From positions 265 to 64,264 of the forward strand of contig CAYYJS010000016.1 in NCBI GenBank assembly GCA_964472315.1: a stretch of DNA of 64,000 bases, given 5' to 3'. This document shows, piece after piece, positions 1 to 9,104 of the stretch (its first letter is position 1; every line of letters begins with the position of its first letter). Below the pieces are notes generated by a model. It searched no databases and was not told where the DNA came from. It saw only the letters and a program-made list of their open reading frames with translations. The translations under genes were made by a program, and so were the position numbers. This DNA comes from an uncultured Victivallales bacterium (lineage in GTDB: Bacteria > Verrucomicrobiota > Kiritimatiellia > UBA8416).

Positions 1-1010
1 GCGGGCTGGATGGCGATGCCGTCACCGTGGCGCTCGCGGCCATCACGCTGGTCATCGCCATGCTGGGACACGTCGTGCTCCGCAAGTATCCCTCCAGCGT
101 CGCGCGGTTGCGCGCCTATACCGAACAGATCGCGCGCGGCGAGGCGCCCGAGCGCGTCAGCCTGCCACGCCGGGAGAGCGATCTCGAAGCCATTGAACGG
201 TCGATGAACCTCATCATCGCGCAACTGCGGGCCAAAGTCGAAGCCCTGGAAGTGGAGCGCCACATGTTGCGCGAACGCCTCTTCAAGGCGCGCAAGATGC
301 AGAGTCTGGGTCTGATGGCCACCGGCGCCGCCCGTGTGTTCTCGGGATTGCTCGATACCCTCGACCGACACGTGGGAGAACTGAAGCTCCTGGCCGCCGA
401 AGCGACACCGGAATGGACGTCGGCGATGCTGATCGAACAGACGGTGCGACACGGACGGGAACTGGTCAACCAGCTTCGCGTCGTGGCCGGCGAACGCACG
501 CCCGAACGCATGCGGATCCGGCTTTCCCCGCTGGTCGGCGATACGCTCGACCTCCTGCGCCGATACGTCCTGGCGGACACGCGGATCGACTACCGCCCGG
601 CCGACGGACTGCCGGAATGCCTGGGCGATCCTACGCTCGTGCAACAGGCCGCCACATGCATGGTGCTGCACGCAGCGCGGATGGGTAAGGCGACCACGGC
701 GCGGACGATCGAGGTCGTCACCGAAGCCGTGGATCTCAGCGAGGAAGATCTCGCCGAGGCCGTGCCGCCGGAACACATTCGTGCCGGCCGATGGCTCTCG
801 CTCCGGGTGGCAACGCCGGCTGTCATGCTCGACGAGGTGCAACGGAGCCAGGTTCTGGACCCATTCTACGCCATCGATGGAAACGATGGCGACATCGGGC
901 TCGCCGCCGTGCTTGGCATCGCGCAGGCCCACCATGGCCTTGTCACGGTATCCAGCGCACCCGATGCCGGCGCCACGTTCCGCCTGCTGCTGCCCATCGC
1001 GACGCCATAA
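1..1010 (+). CDS. Histidine-kinase-like sensor protein, 5' end cut by window edge; catalytic motifs degenerate
   Basis: Frame is open back to base 3. TM helix ALAAITLVIAMLGHVVL, helical linker, dimerisation-like segment KMQSLGLMATGAARVFSGLL, and a GHKL-like C-terminus ending GATFRLLLP. Arg sits where the phospho-acceptor His is expected. Confidence 0.6.
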   Translation, partial: GLDGDAVTVALAAITLVIAMLGHVVLRKYPSSVARLRAYTEQIARGEAPERVSLPRRESDLEAIERSMNLIIAQLRAKVEALEVERHMLRERLFKARKMQSLGLMATGAARVFSGLLDTLDRHVGELKLLAAEATPEWTSAMLIEQTVRHGRELVNQLRVVAGERTPERMRIRLSPLVGDTLDLLRRYVLADTRIDYRPADGLPECLGDPTLVQQAATCMVLHAARMGKATTARTIEVVTEAVDLSEEDLAEAVPPEHIRAGRWLSLRVATPAVMLDEVQRSQVLDPFYAIDGNDGDIGLAAVLGIAQAHHGLVTVSSAPDAGATFRLLLPIATP

Positions 1011-1014
1011 AAAA

Positions 1015-1043
1015 GCCCCTGCCCGTTCGTCACGGGCAGAGGC
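1015..1043. terminator. Hairpin between convergent genes (candidate bidirectional terminator)
   Basis: CTGCCCG (1019-1025) pairs with CGGGCAG (1033-1039), flanked by GCC/GGC and preceded by an A-run. It lies between the stop at 1010 (+) and the stop at 1070 (-). Confidence 0.5.
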
Positions 1044-1069
1044 GTCATTCTCACGCAACCGATACCGGC

Positions 1070-1603
1070 TTACCAGAAACCCTTCTGATCGCGCTTGGCA
1101 TTGCGAGCGCCTCGGCGGCTTCCCTTGCCCGACTTGCGCGGGCCGCGGGCGCCCCCGCCCCCTCCTCCGCCACCGCCGCCGTAGCCCCCGCCGCCGCCAC
1201 CGAACTCCGAGCCGCCGCCGCCACTGGGGGCTCCGCCACCGCCACCGTAGCCGCCGCCGCCCCCACCCCCTCCGCCACCGCCGCCGTAGCCGCCCCCGCC
1301 GCCGCCGCCGTAGCCGCCCCCGCCGCCGCCGCCAAATCCCCGCGGACCGTGCGCCTCTCGGGGACGCGCTTCATTCACAACAAGACGACGACCGTCCATC
1401 TCATACTCGTTGAACTTCTCAACGGCCGCCTGCGCTTCCGCATCGGCGCCCATTTCCACGAACGCAAACCCACGGGACTTGTTCGTGACCCGATCCAGCA
1501 TCAGGCTGCAGGACACCACCTTGCCCACCTGCGAGAACAACGCCTCCAGGTCCGGTTCCAGCGTGCCGTACGAGAGATTTCCGACATACAGTTTCGTCGC
1601 CAT
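1070..1603 (-). CDS. RRM (RNP-1) RNA-binding protein with glycine-rich C-terminal tail
   Basis: N-terminus MATKLYVGNLSY...KSRGFAFVEM carries the RNP-2 and RNP-1 motifs. The C-terminus is made of GGGGGGY repeats and ends in a basic tail. Confidence 0.9.
   Translation of the reverse strand: MATKLYVGNLSYGTLEPDLEALFSQVGKVVSCSLMLDRVTNKSRGFAFVEMGADAEAQAAVEKFNEYEMDGRRLVVNEARPREAHGPRGFGGGGGGGYGGGGGGGYGGGGGGGGGGGGYGGGGGAPSGGGGSEFGGGGGGYGGGGGGGGGGARGPRKSGKGSRRGARNAKRDQKGFW
1150..1342 (-). repeat. Coding low-complexity GGC/GCC tract (Gly-Tyr repeats of the RRM protein)
   Basis: Near-tandem gccgccgccgtagcc units on the + strand encode GGGGGGY repeats on the - strand. Confidence 0.85.
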
Positions 1604-1872
1604 CTACACCTTTCACTTTCCACTGCCGAGGTTGTTCGCGGCCTGCCCAACTCCTTTGGGCAGCGATATCCGGGCTGCATTATCGGAGGTTCCGTTCCCT
1701 CCGCCAGGCAGCCAGACACCCCGGTCAGCGGCATCATGATATCTGATTCGATCGCGTTTGATAATGACTTTTTTTGGACCGCTGTTCGAACCCCACGTGC
1801 GGGGGCGCCCAGAAGCCTCTTCCCTTCGCGGCGCCACCGCCGTATACTGGGTATGGAGAAGTGGAGGACGGA

Positions 1873-2445
1873 ATGAAACGGATACTGACAGCGGCGCTGG
1901 GATGCCTGTTGATGGTCGGTTCGGTCAGGGCCGGCGACTGGGACAATGCCCTGCGTGGCGGACTGGTGGGCGGCGCATTCGGCGCGTTGCTCGGCGAGTT
2001 GGACGGGGTCGAGTCCGGCGTCAGCATTCCCATGTTTGCGACGTTCGGCGCGCTCGCCGGGTATGGGTATGACCGGGGCTGGTATCGCGCACGTCGGTAC
2101 GACGATTGCTGGGTGGACTACGGCTGGCCCTACGCCAGATACGACCACGACTGGCGCTGGCTGAACCGCCGCCAGTACCGAACGTACGTGCATGGGGCGC
2201 CGTGGTCGCGTGAGCGGGCGGGCGGCACGGCAGCGGTCACGCATGCGCCCCCCCCCGCACGGGACATGCACCCCGGCGTCAGCATCGTAATCGTGCCCAT
2301 CGTGCTGACCAACGGCATGTCCGTGGACCTCCGGATACTCAAACTCGGCGCCCGCTACGTCGGCCCGCAGGGCGAAGCCTACGAAACGCTTCCGACGGCG
2401 GAGGAGCTGCAGACGCGCTACCGCCTGCGCGAAGGCGACGACTAG
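1873..2445 (+). CDS. Hypothetical secreted protein with glycine-zipper segment
   Basis: Internal ATG at 1873 gives the signal peptide MKRILTAALGCLLMVGSVRA, followed by GGLVGGAFGALLGELDG and Trp/Tyr/Arg-rich repeats. Confidence 0.55.
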   Translation: MKRILTAALGCLLMVGSVRAGDWDNALRGGLVGGAFGALLGELDGVESGVSIPMFATFGALAGYGYDRGWYRARRYDDCWVDYGWPYARYDHDWRWLNRRQYRTYVHGAPWSRERAGGTAAVTHAPPPARDMHPGVSIVIVPIVLTNGMSVDLRILKLGARYVGPQGEAYETLPTAEELQTRYRLREGDD

Positions 2446-2453
2446 GCGCCCGA

Positions 2454-2867
2454 TCAGGGATCGATGTTCTCGAGCGCCAACGTATCCGGGTCGATCCGGC
2501 GGTAGTAGCAGTTGCGCGGCCGACCGGCGGCATTCTTCGTGTGACAGATGCCGCCGCGGCGCGGACGCACCCGATAGAGCAGCGAGTTCTGTTCGCAGTT
2601 CACGAACGCGTCGACCAACTCGAACGTCTCGCCCGACGTGGCGCCCTTTTCCCAAAGCTCGTTGCGGGATGTGCTCCAGAGCACCAGCGTGCGCTTCCGC
2701 AGAGACTCTCGGAAGGCGATCTCGTTTGTATAGGCCACGAGGATCACATCGCCGGTATCCGCGTGCTGCACGGCCACCGGAACCACATCGCGACACCGGT
2801 CGGCAATCTTCCCGATCTTGCCGAAGTCAAGCTGCAGGCTGGCGCCTTCCTCACGTTCACGACTCAT
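2454..2867 (-). CDS. hisI: Phosphoribosyl-AMP cyclohydrolase
   Basis: VVPVAVQHADTGDVILVAYTNE...LWSTSRNELWEKGATSGE...CEQNSLLY...GGICHT is typical of HisI. The ATG at 2867 is preceded by GGAGA at a 5-nt spacing. Confidence 0.85.
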   Translation of the reverse strand: MSREREEGASLQLDFGKIGKIADRCRDVVPVAVQHADTGDVILVAYTNEIAFRESLRKRTLVLWSTSRNELWEKGATSGETFELVDAFVNCEQNSLLYRVRPRRGGICHTKNAAGRPRNCYYRRIDPDTLALENIDP

Positions 2868-3010
2868 CTGCGTCTCCATTGGGGTTCCGCGATCCGCCAC
2901 ACCCTACCCCGTTCCCGCGCCCAGAGCAATGATCTTCCGGTTTGACGGCGGCGGGGGTGCCCCGTAGTATCGTCGCCCATCGGTACGACAACCAACACAC
3001 AGGGGATGAC

Positions 3011-4012
3011 ATGAGCGAGCACGTCAAATCGGAAACGGATTCCGCCGAACAATGGGTGACCTATCGCCCCGGCATCAAGATCCTGGACTGCACCGTCCGC
3101 GACGGCGGCCTGATCAACGATCACCAGTTCGACGACGCCCTCGTCAAGGCCGTCTACGAAGCGGACGTCGCCGCCGGCGTCGACTACATCGAGTTCGGCT
3201 ACAAGTCGTCCAAGGCCATCTACGCGCCGTCCAAATTCGGTCCCTGGAAGTTCTGCGATGAGGATGACATCCGCCGCATTGTAGGAGACAACGATACGGA
3301 GTTGAAGATATCCGTGATGGCCGATGCCGAACGCACCGATTACCACACGGACATCCTGCCGCGCGATCGGAGCGTCATCGATTGCGTGCGTGTGGCCTGT
3401 TACATCCACCAGATCCCGCTGGCCATCGACATGGTCAAGGACGCGCACGACAAAGGCTACGAGACCATGTTGCAGCTCATGGCCGTGTCCGTCGTGAACA
3501 CGCACGAGATCGAGTCGGCGCTGGAAATCGTCGCCCACAGTCCCGCGGCCGGCGTCTACCTCGTGGATAGTTTCGGCGCGCTCTACTCGGAGCAGATCCG
3601 CGACCTTACGCAGTTGTATGTGAAGGCCATGGCCGGCACGGGCAAGGATGTCGGTATCCACGCCCACAACAACCAACAACTCGCCTTCGCCAACACCATC
3701 GAAGCGATCATTTGCGGCGCCAACCGCGTCGATGCCACCATGGCCGGGATCGGCCGCGGGGCCGGCAATTGCCCGATGGAACTGATCATGGGCTTCCTGC
3801 ACAACCCGAAGTTCAAAATGCGCCCGATCCTCGAATGCACGCAGAACCACTTCGTTCCGCTCAAAACGACGATGGACTGGGGCTACAGCATCCCTTACGC
3901 CATCACGGGGCAGCTCAATCAGCACCCCCGCACCGCGATCCAGTGGCGCGAAGGCGGCAGCCCGGACGATTACGTCGGGTTCTACGACCAGGTGGTCGAA
4001 GAGTACTCCTGA
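3011..4012 (+). CDS. HMGL-like aldolase / pyruvate carboxyltransferase-fold protein
   Basis: ILDCTVRDGG...YIEFGY...HAHNNQQLAFANT... matches the DRE-TIM metallolyase pattern. Start taken at ATG 3011. Confidence 0.6.
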   Translation: MSEHVKSETDSAEQWVTYRPGIKILDCTVRDGGLINDHQFDDALVKAVYEADVAAGVDYIEFGYKSSKAIYAPSKFGPWKFCDEDDIRRIVGDNDTELKISVMADAERTDYHTDILPRDRSVIDCVRVACYIHQIPLAIDMVKDAHDKGYETMLQLMAVSVVNTHEIESALEIVAHSPAAGVYLVDSFGALYSEQIRDLTQLYVKAMAGTGKDVGIHAHNNQQLAFANTIEAIICGANRVDATMAGIGRGAGNCPMELIMGFLHNPKFKMRPILECTQNHFVPLKTTMDWGYSIPYAITGQLNQHPRTAIQWREGGSPDDYVGFYDQVVEEYS

Positions 4013-4646
4013 CCGCCGTGGCCAGGTACCACCCCGGACGGTCCTCCGCGCGCAGCACGTCAAAGCCGGTCTCGCGCAGCAACCCGGCCAGGGCCTCGAC
4101 CGGAAGCATGCGATCCTCCCGCACGGCGGCGTCCTTCGCGCGGTGGAAATCGTTCATCTCGGCGCACGACATCGTATGCGCGATGGCCAGAACGCCGCCC
4201 GGCCGCAGGCGGTCGTGCAGGGCGGCCAGGGCGGCCGGTTTGTCGTCGAAGTGCGGGAAACACGAGAAACATACCGCGGCATCGAACGGCCCCATCCGGA
4301 GTTCGACGCCCAGAAGGTCGCCCGTAACGAACCGCACCCGCGGGTCGTCGTGCAGGCGCCGGTTTTCGTCAATCATCCCCTGAGCGGAATCCAGTTCGAC
4401 CACGCGACCGCCGTCGTCAAGCCCGGCAAGCAGATACGGCACCAGAACCCCGCTGCCGCAACCGACGTCCAGGATGGACGCCGATCGCCCCAACGGAACG
4501 GCCGCGAGGAGCGCCCGGATCGCCGTGTCCTCTTCCTGACGCATTCGTCCATCGGGGCCATGGTAGCAGACCGCCATCCAGTCGGAGGCGCACCGGTTGA
4601 AAAACGCCGTGCGCAGCGCCGCGCGCCGGTCCCGCTCGTCACTCAC
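3915..4646 (-). CDS. Class I SAM-dependent methyltransferase
   Basis: Motif I ILDVGCGSGVL, with later DAAVCFSCFPHF and LRPGGVLAI. The GTG at 4646 overlaps the upstream permease stop (GTGA). Confidence 0.7.
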   Translation of the reverse strand: MSDERDRRAALRTAFFNRCASDWMAVCYHGPDGRMRQEEDTAIRALLAAVPLGRSASILDVGCGSGVLVPYLLAGLDDGGRVVELDSAQGMIDENRRLHDDPRVRFVTGDLLGVELRMGPFDAAVCFSCFPHFDDKPAALAALHDRLRPGGVLAIAHTMSCAEMNDFHRAKDAAVREDRMLPVEALAGLLRETGFDVLRAEDRPGWYLATAVRSTLRPPGRRTRRNRPGCRLRATGSRCGGAD

Positions 4647-5482
4647 GGCAGCCGCTCCCGACGCGTCCCGCGTCGCGCCAGGCGCCGTCGCGGCGACAAC
4701 CACAGGGCGAGCGCGAAGATCAGACTGGAAACAAGAATGATGGCGGCGCCGGCCGGCACATCCCAGGCCGCGGATGCCGCAAGCCCACCCAGGCACGACA
4801 GCACGCCGAACGCCGCCGCGAGCGCCAGCATGATCTCGAGCCGGTTCGTCAGTTGCCGCGCCGCGCTGGCCGGGTTGACCAACAGACCGAAGATCAGCAA
4901 CCCGCCAACCATCGGCAGACTCGCGCTGACCATCAGCCCCGCGGACACGAGGATCGCCCCGTACACCAGCGCCGCCGGAACGCCACAGGTCGCGGCGATC
5001 GTGCGGTCATACAGCACGGCCACAATCTGGCGGTAGAACACGACCAGCAACGCCAGCAGCCCGGCGTTCAGCACCCCGAGCACGACCACATCGCGCCTCG
5101 TCACCGTCAGAATGCTGCCCCAGATCAGGCTCAGGGCCGAGGACCGCGGTCCGGGGAGAAAGTGCAACAGCAACAGGGCCATGCCCATCGTCCCGGAGAA
5201 CAGGATCGACAGGGCCACGTTGGAGCTCATCCGGGAACGCGTGCCGATCGGACCGACGATGGATGCCGCCGCCAGGCAGGCCACGGCCGCGCCAATGACC
5301 GGCGAGACGCCGCAAAGTTGCCCGGCGATGGCCCCCAGGAACGCCGCGTGCGACATGCTGATGCCGAGGAAGGGAATCTCCAGGAGCACCACAAGCACCC
5401 CGACGACCGATAGCCCGGCGCCGGCCAGAAGCGAAGCCGCCAGTGCGCGCCGCATGAAGTCGAATTCGAGTAGATCGATCAT
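4643..5482 (-). CDS. Metal ABC transporter permease (ZnuB/MntB, ABC-3 family)
   Basis: MIDLLEFDFMRRALAASLLAG... is followed by multiple hydrophobic helices. Its start shares an ATGA overlap with the ATPase stop. Confidence 0.8.
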   Translation of the reverse strand: MIDLLEFDFMRRALAASLLAGAGLSVVGVLVVLLEIPFLGISMSHAAFLGAIAGQLCGVSPVIGAAVACLAAASIVGPIGTRSRMSSNVALSILFSGTMGMALLLLHFLPGPRSSALSLIWGSILTVTRRDVVVLGVLNAGLLALLVVFYRQIVAVLYDRTIAATCGVPAALVYGAILVSAGLMVSASLPMVGGLLIFGLLVNPASAARQLTNRLEIMLALAAAFGVLSCLGGLAASAAWDVPAGAAIILVSSLIFALALWLSPRRRLARRGTRRERLP

Positions 5483-6249
5483 AGCGGAACGATGCCCTTC
5501 AAGTCCCCCAGCACACGCGCCGCGTTGGCGCCGTAAATCCGCTCCATCAATTCCGGCGTGAAAACGCCGCGCGGCGCACCGTCCCAAGCCAGTGTGCCGC
5601 TGTCGAGAACCACGGCGCGCCGGCACCCCGAGGGCACGTAGGCCAGATCGTGCATCACCATGATCACCGTGACGCCGCGCGCGCGGTGCAGGTCCTGAAT
5701 CAGGTCCAGCAACTCGCAGCGTCCGCCGAGATCGAGATTCGCGGCCGGCTCGTCGAGCAACAGGATATCGGCGCCCTGACACAGGACGCGCGCCAGGTCG
5801 ACCCGCTGCCGTTCGCCGCCCGAGAGCGCTTCGATCGGTCGATCGGCCAGGTGCGACACACCGGTATCGCGCATGGCGGTCCGGGTCCGATGCCGATCCA
5901 CACGCCCCCACCGCAGGCCGCCAAGCCCGGCCCCGCTGCGCCCAATGCTCACGACGTCCTTCACCAACAGCGGCAGCCGCCCCGCGTCATGCCGTTGCTG
6001 CGGCATGTAGCCCAGCCGCCGATGCGATCCCCGCGGCAATCGATCGGCCGGGCGACCGTCGATGCGGACCGTGCCGGCGCGCACCGGCAGCAACCCCATG
6101 ATCAGTTGCAGAACCGAGGTCTTCCCGGCCCCATTGGCCCCGAGCAGGACGACGAACTCCCCCGTCGCGATGGACAGCGAAAGATCGCATACGGCCGGCC
6201 GCCGCCCGTGGCAAGCGCTGACATGGACGAGTTCGATCGCCACGCTCAT
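5479..6249 (-). CDS. Metal ABC transporter ATP-binding protein (ZnuC-like)
   Basis: Walker A GANGAGKTS, signature LSGGERQRV and Walker B ILLLDEP. Confidence 0.85.
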   Translation of the reverse strand: MSVAIELVHVSACHGRRPAVCDLSLSIATGEFVVLLGANGAGKTSVLQLIMGLLPVRAGTVRIDGRPADRLPRGSHRRLGYMPQQRHDAGRLPLLVKDVVSIGRSGAGLGGLRWGRVDRHRTRTAMRDTGVSHLADRPIEALSGGERQRVDLARVLCQGADILLLDEPAANLDLGGRCELLDLIQDLHRARGVTVIMVMHDLAYVPSGCRRAVVLDSGTLAWDGAPRGVFTPELMERIYGANAARVLGDLKGIVPL

Positions 6250-7088
6250 GGCCGCTCCAGCGCTTCGGAAACCTGTCGGCACAGCCCCTTGAGCGCGTTG
6301 ACATAGCCCTCGGCCGTCGCGTCATCGGGAAAGTTGCTCAACAGCGTGAACCGGCAGCCGATATCGGCCGCCAGTTGCGCCCCAAGTTTGCCGGCGCTCT
6401 GTCGGTTGTCCGCCACGAGCGCCACCTTGCGCGACCGTCCCGACGCGACGAGGGCCGCGATGGTTTGCGCCGCGGCCGCCTCGTCCCGCGGAAAAGCGCC
6501 GACGACGTCCAGCCCCATCCAGGTCAACACTTCGGCATTCTGGACGGATGCGAGCACCGGACGCCCCGACACCGGCGCCATGGATTCCCGCAGGGCATCC
6601 GTGTCCGTCAGGACCCGCGCAATATAGGCATCCGTATTCCCGCGGACCGCATCGACAGCCCCGGGCAGCAGCGGCAGCAGGGCGTCGCGCACGTGCGCCG
6701 CAAGGACAATATGTCGCTTGGGCACCATGGCGTTGCCGCCCACGTTCAGCACCGCATGCCGCCCCGCCATGCGCGCGGCCAACTCCGCCAGGAACGGCTC
6801 GAACCCGTGCGCGAGAAACAACGCCGATGCTTCCGTCGCCGCCGCCTGCCGGGCCGTCAGGTCGAAATGCCCCGGACACAGACGCGGCGGGATCAGACTG
6901 TTGACGACGACACGGTCGCCGGCGACCGCACGCACGATGCCGGCCATCAGGGAGGTCGACACGGTCACGACGGGCCGCGTTTCGCCGGCCGTCGCCACCG
7001 CGGCGACCGCCGCCGTCAACCCACACAACGCCGCCACGGCCATTCCGACCCGACGTTTCCGCGCGCGGCTATCTCGATCGTGTATCAT
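6246..7088 (-). CDS. Metal ABC substrate-binding protein (ZnuA/TroA family)
   Basis: Signal peptide, then VVTVSTSLMAGIVRAVAGDRVVVNSLIPP..CPGHFDL, typical of cluster-9 solute-binding proteins. ATGA overlap with the ATPase gene. Confidence 0.75.
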   Translation of the reverse strand: MIHDRDSRARKRRVGMAVAALCGLTAAVAAVATAGETRPVVTVSTSLMAGIVRAVAGDRVVVNSLIPPRLCPGHFDLTARQAAATEASALFLAHGFEPFLAELAARMAGRHAVLNVGGNAMVPKRHIVLAAHVRDALLPLLPGAVDAVRGNTDAYIARVLTDTDALRESMAPVSGRPVLASVQNAEVLTWMGLDVVGAFPRDEAAAAQTIAALVASGRSRKVALVADNRQSAGKLGAQLAADIGCRFTLLSNFPDDATAEGYVNALKGLCRQVSEALERP

Positions 7089-7095
7089 CACACGC

Positions 7096-8994
7096 TCAGA
7101 ATACCGTCTTCAGCCCCGCCGATACAAGCCGTCCCGGCATGGGATACCCCGGTTGGTATTCGTACGTCTCGTCCGTCAGGTTCTCCACGCTGACATATAC
7201 CTCGCCGGCGAACCAGTCCGAGCCATGCACGGCATACCCGATGCGCGCATTCGCCACCGTGCAACTATCGATCTTCTCGACAGCCGCCAGTCCCGGCGCC
7301 GCCGTCCGTCCGTTGAACGCGTACTGCGCGTCCACATACTGCATGTTGACCTGCACGGACACGTGCCGCACCGGCACGACGACGACGCCGGCCGATGCCG
7401 ACACGTCGGGCGCACGCGGCGTCTTCTCCGTATCCGCGTCGAGCAGCGTCACCCCCGTAAAGGCGCTGTGGCCGCCGCGCCCCGTGAACGCCACGCTGAA
7501 CTCAAGGCCGTCGATGGCGGACTCGCGCCGGTTGACAAGCCCCGCGGGCGTCCATTGAAGCTGATCGCTCGCCTCATCGCGAAATACCGCCAGCCGCGCG
7601 CGGGCGCCCGTGTACGGGCACTTCACGCCGAAGCCCCCCTCCACATGTTCCATCCGTTCGGCGTCCAGGCTCGCCAGCGTACCCGCGGAAAGACCGGATG
7701 CGTAGACGCCGGGATAGTGGACGGCTTCGGCATAGTTGGCGAAGCACTCCCAGCGCCCGCCGGCCACCACCATGCCGGCCTGCGGCGACACCTCGTCGCC
7801 GAATTCGCTATGCGTGAAGTAACGCCCGCCCGCCGACGGCGTCAGCGTCACGCCGGCGACCGGCACATCGACCCGCAGGCCGAGCGCCGGCGCCACGGTG
7901 TCGTAGTCGTCTTCGAACGCCAGCGGCACGGCACCGGCCAGGGTCCGCGTCTCGGTCTCGCCTCCCGCGCGCTCGGCGTCGAGACCGGCCGTCAGCGTCC
8001 AGGCGCCCAGACGCAGATCCTCCACCCCGCGCAACCCGAAGTTCCGCCAGTCGGTATCGACATCGCCCGCCGGCGTACCGGGCCCATTCACGTTGTCGCG
8101 ATCCCATCGGATGCGACCGTCCTCGTGATACAGGAGCACATACCCGGCGACGCGTTCGCCGGCGTTGCGCAACTGGATCGACTGCGTCAGGGTCTCCGTC
8201 GCGAACAGATCGCGCACCGGGGTCGGACCGTCAACCCGCCCCGGATCCTCGCCCCAGTTGTCGGTGCGATGCAAAATGTACGACAGACGCACGGTGTCGC
8301 TCAGCGCGTAACCGCTTTGAACGTACTGACTGCGCAAGACCGCCGCACTGTGATCGCGGTGGCCTTCCGATTCCAGATACGCGCCGCCGCCGTAATAGTC
8401 CCACGCGCCAATGCGTCCGCCGTGCTGCACCCCCAACGTGAACGTATCGCGCTCGCCCGCGGATGTGTCGATCCGAGTCTCGTACCCCGCCTCTTCGCGC
8501 CGCGACGAGGCCACGTCCACCGCGCCGAACACCCCGCCGTACAGCAAGGGCTGCGGACTCTTGCTCACCGTAATCCCGTCCGCCAAACTGATCGGCAGCG
8601 TGTCGAGCAACGGGTGACCAAAGACCCCGACCTCGCGCGGGACACCGTCCATGTACGTACGGATTTCCGCGCCCGGACGGCTGGCGCCGCGGCCGCGGAT
8701 GTAGATCGCGCCCCCTTCCGCACCGCCATAGGCGCCCAGCAGGTTGAAGCGCGAGATGGTCACGCCCGTCGCCCGCCGCAAGCCCGAAGCCAGATCGTTG
8801 GCCGCCATCCCTTCGAGCTGCTCCCGTCCGATCCGCGTCACGCTGCCGCCGAACGGCGTCAGCGCTTCTTCCGCCACCAGGGGCGGCGCCGTAACCAGCA
8901 TCGGTTCCCCCTCCGTCACGGCGTCCTGCGCCCGCAACGCCGTCCCCGCCAGACCCATTGCCGCCACCACCGCCAGACTGCCTGTCACGCGCAT
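7096..8994 (-). CDS. TonB-dependent outer-membrane receptor
   Basis: Signal peptide MRVTGSLAVVAAMGLAG, a plug region (VTRIGREQLE, GVTISRFN, IYIRGRG), a long beta-barrel and a terminal aromatic (...GLKTVF). Confidence 0.85.
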   Translation of the reverse strand: MRVTGSLAVVAAMGLAGTALRAQDAVTEGEPMLVTAPPLVAEEALTPFGGSVTRIGREQLEGMAANDLASGLRRATGVTISRFNLLGAYGGAEGGAIYIRGRGASRPGAEIRTYMDGVPREVGVFGHPLLDTLPISLADGITVSKSPQPLLYGGVFGAVDVASSRREEAGYETRIDTSAGERDTFTLGVQHGGRIGAWDYYGGGAYLESEGHRDHSAAVLRSQYVQSGYALSDTVRLSYILHRTDNWGEDPGRVDGPTPVRDLFATETLTQSIQLRNAGERVAGYVLLYHEDGRIRWDRDNVNGPGTPAGDVDTDWRNFGLRGVEDLRLGAWTLTAGLDAERAGGETETRTLAGAVPLAFEDDYDTVAPALGLRVDVPVAGVTLTPSAGGRYFTHSEFGDEVSPQAGMVVAGGRWECFANYAEAVHYPGVYASGLSAGTLASLDAERMEHVEGGFGVKCPYTGARARLAVFRDEASDQLQWTPAGLVNRRESAIDGLEFSVAFTGRGGHSAFTGVTLLDADTEKTPRAPDVSASAGVVVVPVRHVSVQVNMQYVDAQYAFNGRTAAPGLAAVEKIDSCTVANARIGYAVHGSDWFAGEVYVSVENLTDETYEYQPGYPMPGRLVSAGLKTVF

Positions 8995-9104
8995 CTTCCA
9001 CTTCCTTTCGCGCAGCGCCAATTCATACGTTTATGGATTTCGTATTACGCAGGCGCAAGCTAGCACGGCCCATCGGCACTGTCAAACGGATGTTCGCGCC
9101 CCGG

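Noticed and set aside
1150-1342. Repetitive GCC tract considered as a non-coding microsatellite or CRISPR-like array
   Set aside because: It lies inside a well-supported ORF and encodes GGGGGGY repeats. It has no spacer/repeat periodicity.
791-1876. 361-aa + strand ORF with poly-Ala tracts
   Set aside because: It is the mirror image of the Gly-repeat region of the RRM gene on the opposite strand. The RRM reading has clear RNP motifs.
6718-9063. 781-aa ORF on the + strand
   Set aside because: It is antisense to the TonB-dependent receptor. Its translation is Arg/Pro/Ala/His-rich with no motifs, typical of a stop-poor shadow frame in high-GC DNA.
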